A stretch of DNA of 64,000 bases, from assembly GCF_009914755.1 (NCBI RefSeq), contig NC_060937.1; one strand, given 5' to 3'. Below are positions 1-13,485 of this stretch, one piece after another. Under the pieces are notes generated by a model that saw nothing but the letters and a program-made list of their open reading frames with translations, had not been told where the DNA came from and did not search any database. This DNA comes from the human T2T-CHM13v2.0 reference genome, Homo sapiens. The number at the start of each line of letters is the position of its first letter. The first letter of the stretch is position 1. The translations under genes were made by a program, and so were the position numbers.

Positions 1-430
1 AAATTTGTACCTCCAACGCAAGCAGAATATTATTTTAAAAGGCAGCAGTAAATACTAGCACTGATATTATAAACACAGATATAAGTATATTGAAGGATAA
101 ACTATAGACATTTGTATATGGAGAAGAGGAAGGGAAAAATGGCAAAGTCATCATATTCCATAGTAGGAAGTCAATAGATAATACCTAAAATGGAAACGAT
201 GAGAAACAACTCAAAAAACATGTTATTTAGAAACATAAAAGTAGATGCCAGAAGAAACAGCCAAAGGAGCTGAAAGTGGTTACACTTGGGGAATGTAGAT
301 CATCTTGGGAACAGAAAGAGAAGGAACTGCTACATTTTATTGTAAAATACATGTATTGCTTTTGACTTCCTAAAACCATGGATGAATGTCATTGATAAAT
401 ACAAAAATTATATTAAAAGAAATAAAAAAT
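1..430 (+). mobile_element. Old L1 (L1MC/L1ME-type) 3' UTR fragment
   Basis: Resembles ancient L1 3' ends (gaaagtggttacacttgggg..., ttttgacttcctaaaaccatg) and ends in an A-rich tail; boundaries approximate. Confidence 0.5.
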
Positions 431-1212
431 ACCCTTGCATTGTAGGAGTAAAAGTTTCTACAACAAAGTAAAGTTAAAAGAGGTGTTAGCAAGTATTAAA
501 AAATTAAGGTCAAATAAATAGGCTTGTAATGGTAGGAAGCATTGGGGAGTGCAGGCATATGTTAGAGGGCAGAAAGGAGGAAAATAGGGGAAAAGGGCAT
601 TTCAACAAAGATATTTAACATATTTCTGCTATTTTACTGCTTTCTGCTTAAAGTAGCTTTAACATACCCTCAGCTCTTGACAACCAGCCCGCTGATATTG
701 GGGAATGCAATAAAGTAGTCTAGTCCGATGAGTCTGGTCATATATTATATTAAATCCCTTGGCATGTTGAGTTGGTCACAGCTTGTGCAGTTGCTATTTC
801 CTGTAAAATCATGACAGTGATATATGTCGATATATTTTCAACCATGCCCAAGAGTAAAATTTTTATTGTTTTACAGGACAGATAGCTTATCATATAATCA
901 GAGACTTGGAAGGGACATTAGAGATTATCTATTTCTACCCTTTGTTAGAGTCTTGCATTTCTTGCACAATATCCCTATTTGGAGAAGAATGCTTCCACAC
1001 ATCTTAAACATGTTCTCCCAACGAGTGTGTAAGGACATCCTGGGCCAAGTTTGCTCAGGATTGAAGGGAATGTGAACAACATGATCAATTACTCGAAGAC
1101 AGTGCTTTGGTCCTTCTTGAAAAGATTGACCATTAAATGATAAGTGTGGGTGAAAAGATAAACCACGAGTAATATCTAATAACCCAAAGCACACCTGAGA
1201 ATGCTTATTCTG

Positions 1213-1485
1213 TTTTTACATATTTCTTTTTCCATTCATCTGTTCATAGACACTTATGTTGATTCCATATCTTAGCTGTTGTGAATAGTGCCATGATAAA
1301 TATGGGGGTGCAGTTATCTGTTTGATATACTGATTTCCTTTCTTTCGGATAAATACCCAGTAGCAGGATTGCTGAATCACATGATAGTTCTAATTTTAGC
1401 TTTTTGAGAAAACTCCATACTATTTTCTGTAATGGCTGTACTAATTTACATTTTCATCAATAGCGTATAAGAGTTCCCTTTTCTA
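1213..1485 (-). mobile_element. L1M (L1MA-like) ORF2 3'-end fragment
   Basis: Antisense L1 motifs: ttccatatcttagctgttgtgaatagtg, aaatacccagtagcaggattgctg, ctaatttacatt. Confidence 0.85.
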
Positions 1486-2179
1486 AGATTTCCATTTTGT
1501 TGCTACTTCAGGTCATATTATCATCTCTCACCAAAGTCACTTATATAGCCTCTTATGCAGCCTCTTTCACAGTTTTTCCTTATTTTCTCTCCTCATCAAT
1601 CAAACATCAGTAGATCTTCCTAAACTATAAACTGATAGTTGGCATGAAAATGATTCTTCGCTTAAAACTCCCCTTTACCATTCTTGAGTAGATTTTGTTA
1701 TGTAGAATAACATTCACCTGATATCCACCATATTTAACGTCTGCCATGTGACATTAGACACATACATGCTTTCTCATATCACCATGTCTTCATGCATTTC
1801 AACACCCTCTGTCTGAATGGACATTACTACCTTATCTGCTTTGGAAACTTCTATCCACACTTTATGTCTTGGCTAAAATATTGCTTTTTTTTCTGGAAGC
1901 CAATGTGGACTATTTCTGAGATATAACTCCTCCTTCCTTTATTATAATACTTATATTGTAACAACAAATATACTTTTCATGTATAGAGTGCTCCTTGGGA
2001 GTTAACAATAAATCTAAAAATTATATGACGCTGGTGCTTTCTTTTAACTATTAGTTGTCTGAACATAGATCTTTTAAAATCTTGATTTCTTGAGATCTCT
2101 CAGTTTTTACCATAATCAGTGTTTTATTCCATTTTTCTTACTATGCGTGAATTACTTTTGGTAATTTGCATTTTTCCCA

Positions 2180-3470
2180 AACACGATGTATTTATCGTTC
2201 TTGCTGCCTAAAATGACCGTCCACCTCCTTCAGGTATATTTGTTTTCAAATATCTTCTCAGTGAAAACTTCTTTGATCTTTCTATTTAGAACTGTATCTC
2301 CCTGCTCCTCTTTCCTGTTTCATTTTTCTTTGTAGTTCTAATCTCCATCTAACAAACTATGTATTTTTCTTATTTTGTTCATTGTCTGTCTTACCCTACG
2401 AGTCTGCTAGCACCTAAATGTTATGGAATCCTCTGTGGCCAGTGATGCCTTTGCCCAAGTTTTCTAAGAGCTCCTCTCTGCTGGGCTGATTCTACTCATT
2501 CAGCCTGGTAGGCTGCACTCGGCTCACACTAACAGCCTTGATCTCATGCCTGCAAGGGAGACTGCGAGTCAGGCGTGGAGTGACAAGGGGTATGTAAGCA
2601 AGCATGGGGTCTGGCCACCGTGCAGTCAGACAGAACGGCTGCTGCCGTGGGGCGGGCAGCTCCAGGTGCCAGCATGGGTGCCGACTCTCTGCAAGGCTGC
2701 AGCTGGACCAGGTGCACCTCAAGCAGCTTCCCCAGTCGGCACCAGGGAATGCAGTGGCGCCTGGAAGCTGGAGATACCAGGAACTTCAGGGTTCCAAAGA
2801 GGAAGTCACAACCTTGGCTCAGGGGGCTCCCAGGTCCTGGCTCCCCAAAGGGCCACAGCCTTTTTTTGCTTTTGGCCCACAATGTGGCAAGCAAGGGGCA
2901 TGTTTCAGCTCTGTTTGTATTGCAGCTCTTTTATCCTTGCCATTCAGCAGGTCCCAAGTTTTTGTTCTGTGACCAGGAGGAATGAGGTATGCACACAACT
3001 GCAGGTGAGCAAGATGAAGAGGAACTTTATCGAGTGCTACAACAGCTCAGAGGAGACCCACAGTGGGTAGCTCCGGGTCTGTCTGCCTCCTCTCCGCACC
3101 CTCCCTGCAGCGGCAGCAGGTGACAGAGGCAACATGTGGCCAGGGTTCAGAGTGATGGAGGGTCTGGGCCTGGGACCTGGTTCCACCCAGCCATGCAGGG
3201 ATGGGAGCAGTGCAGTCAGCCACCTCAAGGACGCAGGGCACACGGGATGCGGGGCACAGGGGTCCCACAGCCGCCACAGCCACTCCGCCACTCCCACAGC
3301 TGCTCTTGGCACCACCACTCGCATCTCCCCACTGCAGCCAGTGTGATGGCGGTGGCAGCTCTGGACGGCTGGCCACTGCCATCATAATCAAGGTAAATTT
3401 GTCTGTTTTGTAAAGTATGCCAAGAACAGCTCCTGAACACACACAGCAATAAGCACTCAGCCTAAGTCAG
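2180..3470 (+). mobile_element. L2 (L2a-like) 3' end, interrupted by the LTR at 2419-3384
   Basis: L2a-like ttgttcattgtctgtcttaccc before the LTR; tttgtctgttttg...agaacagctcctgaacacacacagcaataagcactca after it. Confidence 0.6.
2419..3384 (-). mobile_element. GC-rich ERV1 solo LTR of the LTR27/LTR28/MER52 group
   Basis: TG...CA ends; minus strand starts TGATGGCAGTGGCCAGCCGTCCAGAGCTGCC and ends ...GATTCCATAACA; approximate 4-bp TSD taaa/taat; sharp GC step against the flanks. Confidence 0.85.
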
Positions 3471-3599
3471 CTGTTTATTGTACATCTTAGTTTTACTGCA
3501 TTTCATTCAGAAAATGTGTGCTCTATTAAATATTTCATCAGATTGTCTTTCTCTTCATTAAGCATAATATTTTGCATATGTTTTTCAATTATTTTTGGT

Positions 3600-4325
3600 T
3601 TAGAAACACAGATATACTTATGTAGTCACAACAATTAGTTCATTCATGCTATTTTATAACCTGCTTTTTCCCCTAACAAATTATGATAAAATATTTTCTT
3701 ACCAATAAATGTGTCTATTCATATGTGGATTAATGGTAATATAAAATTTCATTGTATAGATATAATATATTTTTACATCCTCAATGTTTAGTTTATTTTC
3801 TTGTTTTTTTGCTCTTATAAATAACTCTTCGATGAATATTCATGCACATATATTCTTGAGCATGTGAATGATTATTTTTAAAGGGAAATTTCCAGATGCA
3901 GAATTACTCATTAAAATCACAAACATTATCTCTTTATACATATTCCTAAATTGCCTTTCAGAGAAGTTCTAACAACTTAAACACTCATTGGTAATTAATT
4001 AACGTGTCTATTTCACTGTATTATTGCTAAAAACTGGGCTTTTATCATTTTTTAACCTTTTTGTGACAGACAATAAATGAATTGCATTGTTGTTTGAATT
4101 TGTGTTTCTTTTAATTACTACAGAAAATACAACCCTTTTTATATGTTTTGGTCATGTTCTTGATCATCAAAAAAATTAAATAGTGATTTTATTATTGATG
4201 CACAGAAGCCCTTTATTATTAGAGGATTGAAGTCTTGTCATACATTATAAATATTATTCTAGTCTTTTGTCTTTTAAGTTTGTGAACTTTTTGGCATTGC
4301 ATACATTTGAAAATTTTATCTAGTT
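3600..4325 (-). mobile_element. Ancient L1ME-type fragment
   Basis: Degenerate antisense L1 ORF2/3'UTR motifs (ccagatgcagaattactc, cctaaattgcctttcaga, attgcattgttgtttgaatttgtgtttc). Confidence 0.6.
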
Positions 4326-4580
4326 ATTTTATTTTCTCCAGTTTCATTGAGGTATAATTGATAAATAAAAATTGTATATATGTATATATATATGACATGC
4401 AATGTAATATTTTGATATATGTATATGTTGTGAAATGATTACCACAATCAAGCTAGTTAAAATATCCATCACCTCACATGGTTTTCCTTCCTGTGTCTGT
4501 GGTGAGAATATTTAAGATTTACACTCTAAGCAATTTTTTAAGTATATAATATGTTATTAGTTACTCTAGTCACTATGCTT
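4326..4580 (-). mobile_element. L1MA8/9-like 3' end
   Basis: ttgaggtataattgataaataaaaattgtata...aatcaagctagttaaaatatccatcacctcaca...ctagtcactatgct. Confidence 0.8.
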
Positions 4581-5086
4581 GAATAGTTTTTAAATATACA
4601 TTTTGACTGTGTTTTTCAGGTCATACGATTTTATGATTATTTCATTTTCACTTTGAATTATATATTTAAGAAAAGTTTTTTATATTTACTTTTATTTTAA
4701 ATTCTACTTTGTAATGATATTAATATTGTTACTCTCGCTTCCTTTTTACTTGTACTAGGCTGATGTAGATTTGTACATACTTTAATTTTTATATTTTTTG
4801 CATCATTTTGTATCTGTACATGTCTTATGATAATTATGAGCTTTTTCTGCTTAATTCGGAAGATCAAAAGTTTAATACAGAAATTAACTCTTTCATATTA
4901 TAGCTTCTATACCTTTAAAAATATTTTAACATTAGTATTGTCATCTTCTTTTAAACATCCGTCTTCTGCATTTGCTTTCTGTTTAACATGTGTTTCTGGT
5001 TTAGTGTTATGTATTTTATTTATTTTTAAAAAATTCCTTCATTTTTAACTTCAAGTATTTCAACTGAATTCTTAAAACTGTATTTC

Positions 5087-5456
5087 TTTATCTTTTTTAT
5101 TTCCATTGGTTTTGGGGTAATAGGTATTGTTTGGTTACATGAGTAAGTTCTTCAGTGGTGATTTGTGAGATTTTGGTGCACTCATCACCTAAGCAGTATA
5201 CACTGAATTCAATTTGTAGTCTTTTATCCCTCACCCCCTTCAACACCCTTTCCCCTAGAGTCCCCCATAGTCTATTGTATCATTCTTATGCCTCTGAATC
5301 CTCATAGCTTAGCTCCCACTTACGTGTGAGAATATACAATGATTGGTTTTCCATTCCTAAGTTACTTCACTTAGAATAATGGTCTCCAGTTGTATCCAGC
5401 TTGCCGTGAATGCTATTATTTCATTCCTTTTTGTGGCTGAATAGCATTGCATGGTT

Positions 5457-5524
<68 letters not shown>

Positions 5525-7082
5525 CACACACACACATACACACACCACAATTTCTTTATCCACTCATAGACTGATGGACATTTGGGCTCATTCTATATTT
5601 TTGTAATTGCAAATTGTGTTGCTATAAACATGCATGTGCTTTTCATATAATAACTTTTTTTCCTCTGGGTAGATACCCAGTAGTTGGATTGCTGGATCAA
5701 ATCATAGTTCTACTTTTCGTTGTTTAAGGAAATATCCACACTCTTTTCTATAGTGGTTGTACTAGTTTACATTCCTACCAGCAGTGTAAAAGTGTTCCCT
5801 TTTTACCACATCCCCACCTACATCTATTATTTCTTGATTATTGCCATTCTTGCAGGAGTAAGGTGGTATTACATTCTAGTTTGGATTTGCATTTCCCTGA
5901 TCATTAGTGATGTTGAGCATTTTTTCATATGTTTGTTGGCCATTTGTATATCTTCTTTTCAGAATTATCCATTCATGTCCTTATCCCACTTTTTGATGGG
6001 ATTGTTTTTTTCTTGCTAATTTGTTTGAGTTCCTTGTAGATTCTTGGTTTTAGTTCTTTGTCACATGTATAGATTGTGAAGATTTTCTCCCACTCTGTGG
6101 GCTGTCTGTTTACTCTGCTGATTGTTTCTTTTGCTGTGCAGCTTTTCAGTTTAATTAAGTCCCACAAATTTATCATTGTTTTTGTTGCATTTGCTTTTGA
6201 ATTATTGGTCATGATCATCTCAATAGACTCAGAAAAAGCATTTGAGAAAATATGGCATACCTTTATGATTAAAACCCTCAGCAAAATCGGCATACAAGAG
6301 ACATACCTCAGTGTAATAAAATCCATCTATGACAAACCCACAGCCAACATAGTACTGAATGAGGAAAGCATTCCCTCTGAGAACTGGAAGAAAACAAGGA
6401 TGCCCACTCCCACCACTTCTCTTCAACATAGTACTGGAAGTCCTAGAGAGCAATCAGACAAGAGAAAGAAATAAAGGGCATCCAAATCTGTAAAGAGGAA
6501 GTCAAACTGTCTCTGCTTGCTGATTATATGATTGTTTACTTTGAAAACTGTAAAGACTCCTCCAGAAAGCTCCTAGAACTCATAAATAATTCAGCAAAGT
6601 TTCAGGATACAAAATTAATGTACAAAAATCAGTAGCTCTGCTATCCACCAACAGCGATCAAGCTGAGAATCAAATCAAGAACTGAACGCCTTTTACAATA
6701 GCTGTAAAAAATAAAATAAAATAAAATACTTAGGGATATATCTAACCAAGGAGGTGAAAGACCTCTACAAGGAAAATTACAAAACACTGCTGAAAGAAAT
6801 CATAGATGACACAAAAAAATGGAAACACATCCCATGCTCATGGATGGGTAGAATCAATATTGTGAAAATGAGCATACTGCCATAAGCAATCTACAAATTC
6901 AATGCAATTCCCATCAAAATACCACCATAATTCTTTACAGAACTAGAAAAGGCAATCCTGAAATTCATAGGGAATCAAAAAAGAGCTCACATAGCCAAAG
7001 CAAGACTAAGCAAAACGAACAAATCTAGAGGCATCACATTACCTGACTAGAAGGCCATAGTCACCAAAACAGCATAGTATTG
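5087..7082 (-). mobile_element. 5'-truncated L1PB (L1PB1-like) with 5' inversion: 3' part on minus strand (5087-6214), inverted ORF2 part on plus strand (6210-7082)
   Basis: L1PB 3'UTR (ggttacatgagtaagttcttcagtggtgatttgtgag); strand switch at ggtCATGAtcatctcaatag; ORF 6076-6474 contains RT-region [14 protein letters not shown]...YDKPTANI. Confidence 0.9.
5461..5545. repeat. Compound microsatellite (TG)26(TA)6(CA)n
   Basis: Read directly from the sequence. Confidence 0.97.
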
Positions 7083-7837
7083 TTATATTTCACTATTAGT
7101 TACAGAAATTAAAACAGCAGATATTTCTTCCTCTCTGCGAAATAAATAATTTTTCAGAATATTTATTCCTATGTCCATTTGGGGTCTTTGTTAATTTAAC
7201 CAATTTTTAACATTAAGTTATTTGTAATCATTTTATATAATAATTTGTCCCATTAATGTATTTTGTCCCAATATCTATTTTTATTCTTGTTCATATGGCT
7301 GCCTTCATATTGCATTCTTGCATTTTTGATTTTGAGATGCTTATTTTTGGCTGGAGACTAGTAATTTCATTAAGAATTTATGTGATTTATGGGTTTTTGA
7401 GTTGCATATTTAAGAAGATTTTCTTTTGATTTTACATGTGTGATAATAAGCTGGGTAGAAATAGCACTTTATGTTACAATATTGATGAAAAAAGTCTAAG
7501 AACCTGAAATACTATACAACTGTTAAAAGAATGACATGAATCTACATAGACTAATATATGAAGCAAATTAATAACATACATTTGTAAATTTACTTTTAAA
7601 AGACGTTAAATATTCCATAGAAAATAATAGCTTCTGAGATCATTTTAAACTGTTTAGAACAGTGCTTGGTGCATAGCAAATGCTACGTTACCATTTATTA
7701 AAGTATGAATTCGATCTATCTAATCATCTTATACAGAGGTATGTACAATTTTTAATGAGGGATACACAACTATCTATTGGTTATTGGTTACATTCAGGTC
7801 AGGGATAAGGGGACCAGGTAGTCATGCAGGAAATTAG

Positions 7838-8225
<388 letters not shown>

Positions 8226-8349
8226 TAAAAACAATCAAGCAATTCTGAAAACGTATAGGAAATAATTGTAGGGCAAAGTATTTTAGTTCTCCCTACATTA
8301 ATTTGATTTTTCTGTTTTTTTTATCAGAACATATTTTTCCAAATTTTGA

Positions 8350-9376
8350 GTTTTTATTTTTTTTTAAACTTTTGTTTTAGTTTCAGAGAACATGTAAAGG
8401 CTTGTTACATAGGTGAACTTGTGTCATGGGGGTTTGGTGTACAGATGATTTCATCACAGGTGTTAAGCCCAGTACCCAACAGTTATCTTTTCTGCTCTTC
8501 TCCCTCCACACACCCTCCAGCCTCAAGTAGACCCCAGTGTCCATTCTGTGTGTTCATGAGTTCTCATCATTTAGCTCCCACTTATAAGTGAGAATGTGAT
8601 ATACAGATTTCTGTCCCTGCATTAGTTTGCTAAGGATAACGGCTTCCATCTCCATCCATGTCTGTGCAAAGGACATTATCTCATTCCTTTTTATGACTGC
8701 ATGGTATTCCCTGGTGTATATGGACCACATTTTTTTTCCCAGTCTATCATTGACAGGCATTTGGGTTGATTCCATGTCTGTGCTATTGCGAATAGTGCTG
8801 CAATGAACATTCACATGCATGTGTCTTTACGGTAGAATGATTTACATTCCGCTGGGTATATCTATATCACCAGTAATGAGATTGTTGGGTCAAATGGTAG
8901 TTCTGCTTTTAGCTCTTTGAGGAATTGCTATACTGCTTTCCACAATGGTTGAACTAATTTACACTCCCACCAACAGTGTATAAATATTCCCTTTCTCTGC
9001 AACCTCATCAGCATTTGTTATATTTTGACTTTTTAATAGTAGCCATTCTGACTGGTGTGAAATGGTATCTCATTGTATTTTTGATTTGCATTTCTATAAT
9101 CATCAGTGATGTTGGCTGCATGTATGTCTTTTGAAAAAGTGTCTGTTCATGTCCTTTGCCCACTTTTTAATGAGGTTTTTTTTCTTGTAAATTTAAGTTC
9201 CTTATAGAAGCTGGATATTAGACCTTTGTCAGAAGAATAGTTTGCGAAAAATTTTGCCCAGTCTGTAGTTTGTCTGTTTACTCTGTTGATAGTTTCTTTT
9301 GCTATGCAGAAGCTCTTAAGTTTAATTAGATCCCATTTGCCATTTTTTGCTTTGTTGCTATTGATTTTGATGTCTC
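8350..9376 (-). mobile_element. 5'-truncated L1PA13-16-type element
   Basis: 3'UTR ttgttacataggtgaacttgtgtcatgggggtttggtgtacagat; ORF2 C-terminal peptides in ORFs 8554-8820 and 9147-9383 ([22 protein letters not shown]). Confidence 0.92.
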
Positions 9377-9404
9377 TATGCAAGGCCGTATTTTAACAGG
9401 TTAC

Positions 9405-9520
9405 TTTTTTTTTTTTTTTTTCCCCCATGCTGGTCTCCAGCTCCTGGGCTCAAGGGATCTTCCAGCCTCAGCCTCCCAAGTAGCTGGGATTGTAGTCATG
9501 CACCTCTATGCCCAGCTATT
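9405..9520 (-). mobile_element. FLAM/Alu monomer
   Basis: Poly-T followed by gctggtctccagctcctgggctcaagggatcttccagcctcagcctcccaagtagctgggatt...gcccagct. Confidence 0.85.
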
Positions 9521-11479
9521 TTTGTTGTTTGTTTTGCTTTTATATATAAAAATCTTTTATCTTGTAAACTTGAATTATTTAAGAGAGTGCTTCCCCCCTT
9601 TTTAAATTGTATAAATGATAATTGTTTACATTCCATTTTCTCTTATTTTTCCTTTGGAAACACACACATTTTGTAGTCTGAGACACCATTACATGTCCAC
9701 CAGAACTGTCCCCATTTTTGTTCTCTCTCAGTTTTCATTCCTTTCATCTGTTCCACTGCCTTCTAGATAAGCTACCCAGTTGTGTACCACCAATCATTGG
9801 AGTTGAGTTTTGCAACATCTGATCTTCTTTCAGGTGAGAGAAATGTAAGTTATTTCATTGATGGTTTTATTTCCTTTCATTTCATGCATTTCTCTCTTTT
9901 GTTTTGTATTTTCGCCAGTGAATTCATTCAATATGGCTCCTAAGGATCATACTTAACTGCACACATCTGATGGCATCAACAGATTCCTAACATATTCTAT
10001 TGTATTCTATAGAAATAGCACCCCTCCCCAAAATAGAATAATTATTGGCTTATGTGTGTGTGTGATAGTTTAAAAAGACCTGAGTATTTTTTAATTATTA
10101 AAAATGAAGCCATGTGTTCTGGTGGGCATTTGCAAATACATTTTTTAGTTCCATTTTCACTTCACTCCCGCAACTACACACCTGGATCCTGACAGATTAC
10201 TTTCACCAAGAATAGACGTGTTTGGTACATAGCCTAATTCCTTGAACTTCTCAGATGTTTATTTAGTTCTGTCCTCCTGAGAATTTCCTCCTTTGCATGT
10301 CAAATTCTCTGTTTTCATTACAGTATCATAGATAAAATCTATTTTTCCTTTGTTCATGGGAGAGACTATGAAAGACTATTTCTCCCAGCACCCACTGTAC
10401 ATCATTTCCTAAATGGCTTTTTTCTACAGAACCATTCTCAAATCAAGGCCAAAATATCCTTATTACTCTATACTCATAACTCTCATTATGTCATTTTAAT
10501 TTTGTCGGTTTTCATATATTCTCCATGTGACCTTATTTTTGCTAAAATATACTTTCATCAGTAGGGAAAATACAGTGTTTATATCATAAATAGATAGTTC
10601 TACATTTTCTTCTAAGGTATGTTCATTGCACTAGATGTTAATATCAATGCCATTCTTACATATTTTTGTGTGCTTTACTGTCTTCCTGAGATCTATATTA
10701 GGAAATAAAAAATTAAGATTTTAGAATGAAAAACTATAAGAGAGAATATCAAATGAAGAAATAACACGCCAAAAGCCTTATTTTTGAAATAAAAATTTCT
10801 AAGTACTGAATTCCTTGCTAGAGACATGAGAGTGTGTATCAATTCATAAAAGAGATTGATCAAGATAGACATGTGATTCTCAAGTTTAAATATATAGAGA
10901 AGAAATAATTAGGATATCTGAAGTTTCTTACAAGTAATCTGGGGTGTAAGAAGTAGCTTGGAATATAGCTGAAGCACGTTTGGCCCTATTGATAGTTGTT
11001 CAAGCTGGGTGTGGGTTCATTGTATCACTGACTGTAATTTTCTATATGATTAAAATTTTCCACCTTAAAAAGCTTAAAAGAAAAGTATGAAATATAACTC
11101 TCGAATTACTGAGAAAATGTAACTGAGGTTCTAAATAAAAACAATTATGTTACACTTTTAGTTAAGGATGTTTATATTTATTTAAAACCCACAATTATTT
11201 TATCCTTTTTTAATAGATTTGATGCTTTTCAGACACAAATTTTCTACGATTGTTGAGTTCCAAGACATAAATATACATATAATTTGTATTTCAGAATACA
11301 TACACATACGCATTCACAAAAGGAAATATCTTTGAACATTTCACACTTTTTCATCTTCAGAGCTCTTCATAGAGAACCTGGGCTTGCCAGATAGAGTACT
11401 GACTGAGCTTCTGTGCCTGAAATTTAATAGGAAAAAGGAAGGGGAGAAAAGTAAGAGGCATACAGAGCAAAGATTAATG

Positions 11480-11999
11480 TATTAGGAAGACCATTCCCCA
11501 TGTGTCTCATGTTTTGAACTTGTGAATTAGTCACTGACTGCATTTTTTTTTTTTTGCTTCAGATTACCTTTGAAATAATACTTAGATAGTGGTTAGCCTT
11601 GGTAGATAAAGATAGTCTCTCTCTCTGTCTCTCTCTGGAGCAAAAGGAAGGTTTGCTTAGTGTCCAGTACAATAAAGATAAATGTCTGTAACCAGAGCAA
11701 GAATAGATCTGCATATAAAATATTTTAGTTCCCTAGGTTAACTGTCCCTCTTTTATGACATAATCCAGTTTTCTTTCTTTAATCTCACATTTTTCATATC
11801 AATTCTCTGGAATCGGAACTCAGGAAACTGGCACAATATGTTGATGCTCTGGCTATTGTTACTTCTGTGAGTAATAAAATATTCTTCATCTTTGATCCAG
11901 AGGAAGTTTCACATCCTCTGCCAGCATCCACGAAACTGTGAAAGCTAACATCTTAGCTTGCAAGTAGGTTAAAATATTGGATGCTCTACAGTTGTTGAA
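11480..11999 (+). mobile_element. ERVL-class solo LTR (LTR47/MER76-like)
   Basis: Matches recalled consensus blocks: gccttggtagataaagatag, ggagcaaaaggaaggtttgctta, gagtaataaa, ctgccagcatccacgaaactgtg, ttagcttgcaagtagg. Confidence 0.75.
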
Positions 12000-12959
12000 T
12001 GAAATTCTTTAGGTTAAGAAAATTAATTTCTTAAAGTAGTTAGAACAGTTGTGGTATATGAAGGCAAAGGAAAAGAGAAATGAAAAATGTTATGGTCTCT
12101 GTTTACTTAGCAGTCTTCAATAAATACATGTAAATGATTTGTTATTTTGAGGCTACATTTGAAGACATGAAGTGTATGCCTAAGTTTATATGTCTGTATT
12201 TTTGTTCACCTACATCATTCTAGGTCTAATTTAACTTATAGCTTCACAAACATTACCTGTGTATCTTCACTGATATTTTAGTAGGAAGTTAGAAGAAATT
12301 AAGGTATTGTTAGTCTTCCACCTTACTGAACTAAAAATTTCATGGTTCTATTCAACATTCAATTACAGTTCCAGGAAATCAGATTCTATCTTCCATTTTA
12401 TTATTTTCAGCCCAGTACTTCTTCAAAAGAAAAAGAAGAAACAACTTTTTTCTCTCTCTCTCCACCCACCTGCCACCCACCCCCCCCCGCCAGGCAAATA
12501 AACCTTAAACATACACACACATAATAATCACCTGTTTTCCAAATCTAACAAAGGGGAAATAGTTACTTAGCATTTATTAAAGAACCATCAGTATATGGGA
12601 TTAAGTCACTTGGAGACATACACATTAATAGGTTACTGCCTCCTTGAGTTTACAATCACAATTCCAAATGGCTCTAATAAAATATTAACATTAAAAGAAC
12701 AGACAAACATATATTCAAGTAGGAAGTTGAGAGTCAGTACTACAGGGTTGCATTAACACTAAGAATGGATAAGATAAATTATGCTAGAAAATGTTAAAGC
12801 CTATAAGTTTACCAAGAACCAACAATGCCACATTTCATGATTGTTCATAATTAGAAGAGAATGGAAAAGATGTTTCATGAAAAAAATTAAAAAGCAGGTT
12901 TACAAAACTGTAAATATACAGAGTTTGATAATTTTAAAAAGAGATTTATTTGCCTAAAT

Positions 12960-13215
12960 ATGTTTCCTCTACCTACAGCAGTTTCTTCCACCTTCAGTCA
13001 ACTGCCTTCTAACTCTTATCTCCTTCTGTCACCTCCACCAACTATCTTAGCTTTATCTGTGTGCTTCCATGGTCCATTGTGCCTGCTCCTTTTATAGCAT
13101 TTATCATAATATACTTCAGTTGCCTTTTTTTCCTATTAAACTGCAATATCTTTGAAGATATAGATTATGTCTTTCACACTATTTAGATATAGAATATGTG
13201 TTTATTGAATGAATT
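12960..13215 (+). mobile_element. L2 3' end
   Basis: tagcatttatcataatatac...attaaactgcaatatctttgaagatatagattatgtct...tttattgaatgaat terminal motif. Confidence 0.65.
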
Positions 13216-13249
13216 ACTTTATAATTTAAAAAATCATGCTAAATACTAT

Positions 13250-13485
13250 GCTACTGTGGATTGGCTCCTCGTACAATAAAAGGACGTTGGTGGAAAATTG
13301 ATGAAATCTGGATAAAGTGTGTAGTTAATATTAATGTACCCTGTTATTCTCTTCAAGAAACATAACGGTTATGTAAGAAATAAACAGTAGGGAAAACTGC
13401 GTGACAAGCATGTGGGAACTCTGTACTGCCTTTCACGATCTCTGTAAACCAAAAATATTTCAAAACAAAATGTGTATTTAAAAAA
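13250..13485 (+). mobile_element. L1MC/MD-type 3' end
   Basis: aaaggacgttggtggaaaattgatgaaatctg...tgggaactctgtact...ctgtaaaccaaaaatatttcaaaa. Confidence 0.75.

Noticed and set aside
824-1194. Overlapping 83-aa and 89-aa ORFs
   Set aside because: Short, no recognisable homology and no exon structure; within chance expectation
2492-3449. Cluster of overlapping 70-174 aa ORFs
   Set aside because: All lie within a GC-rich LTR where stop codons are scarce; no recognisable protein similarity
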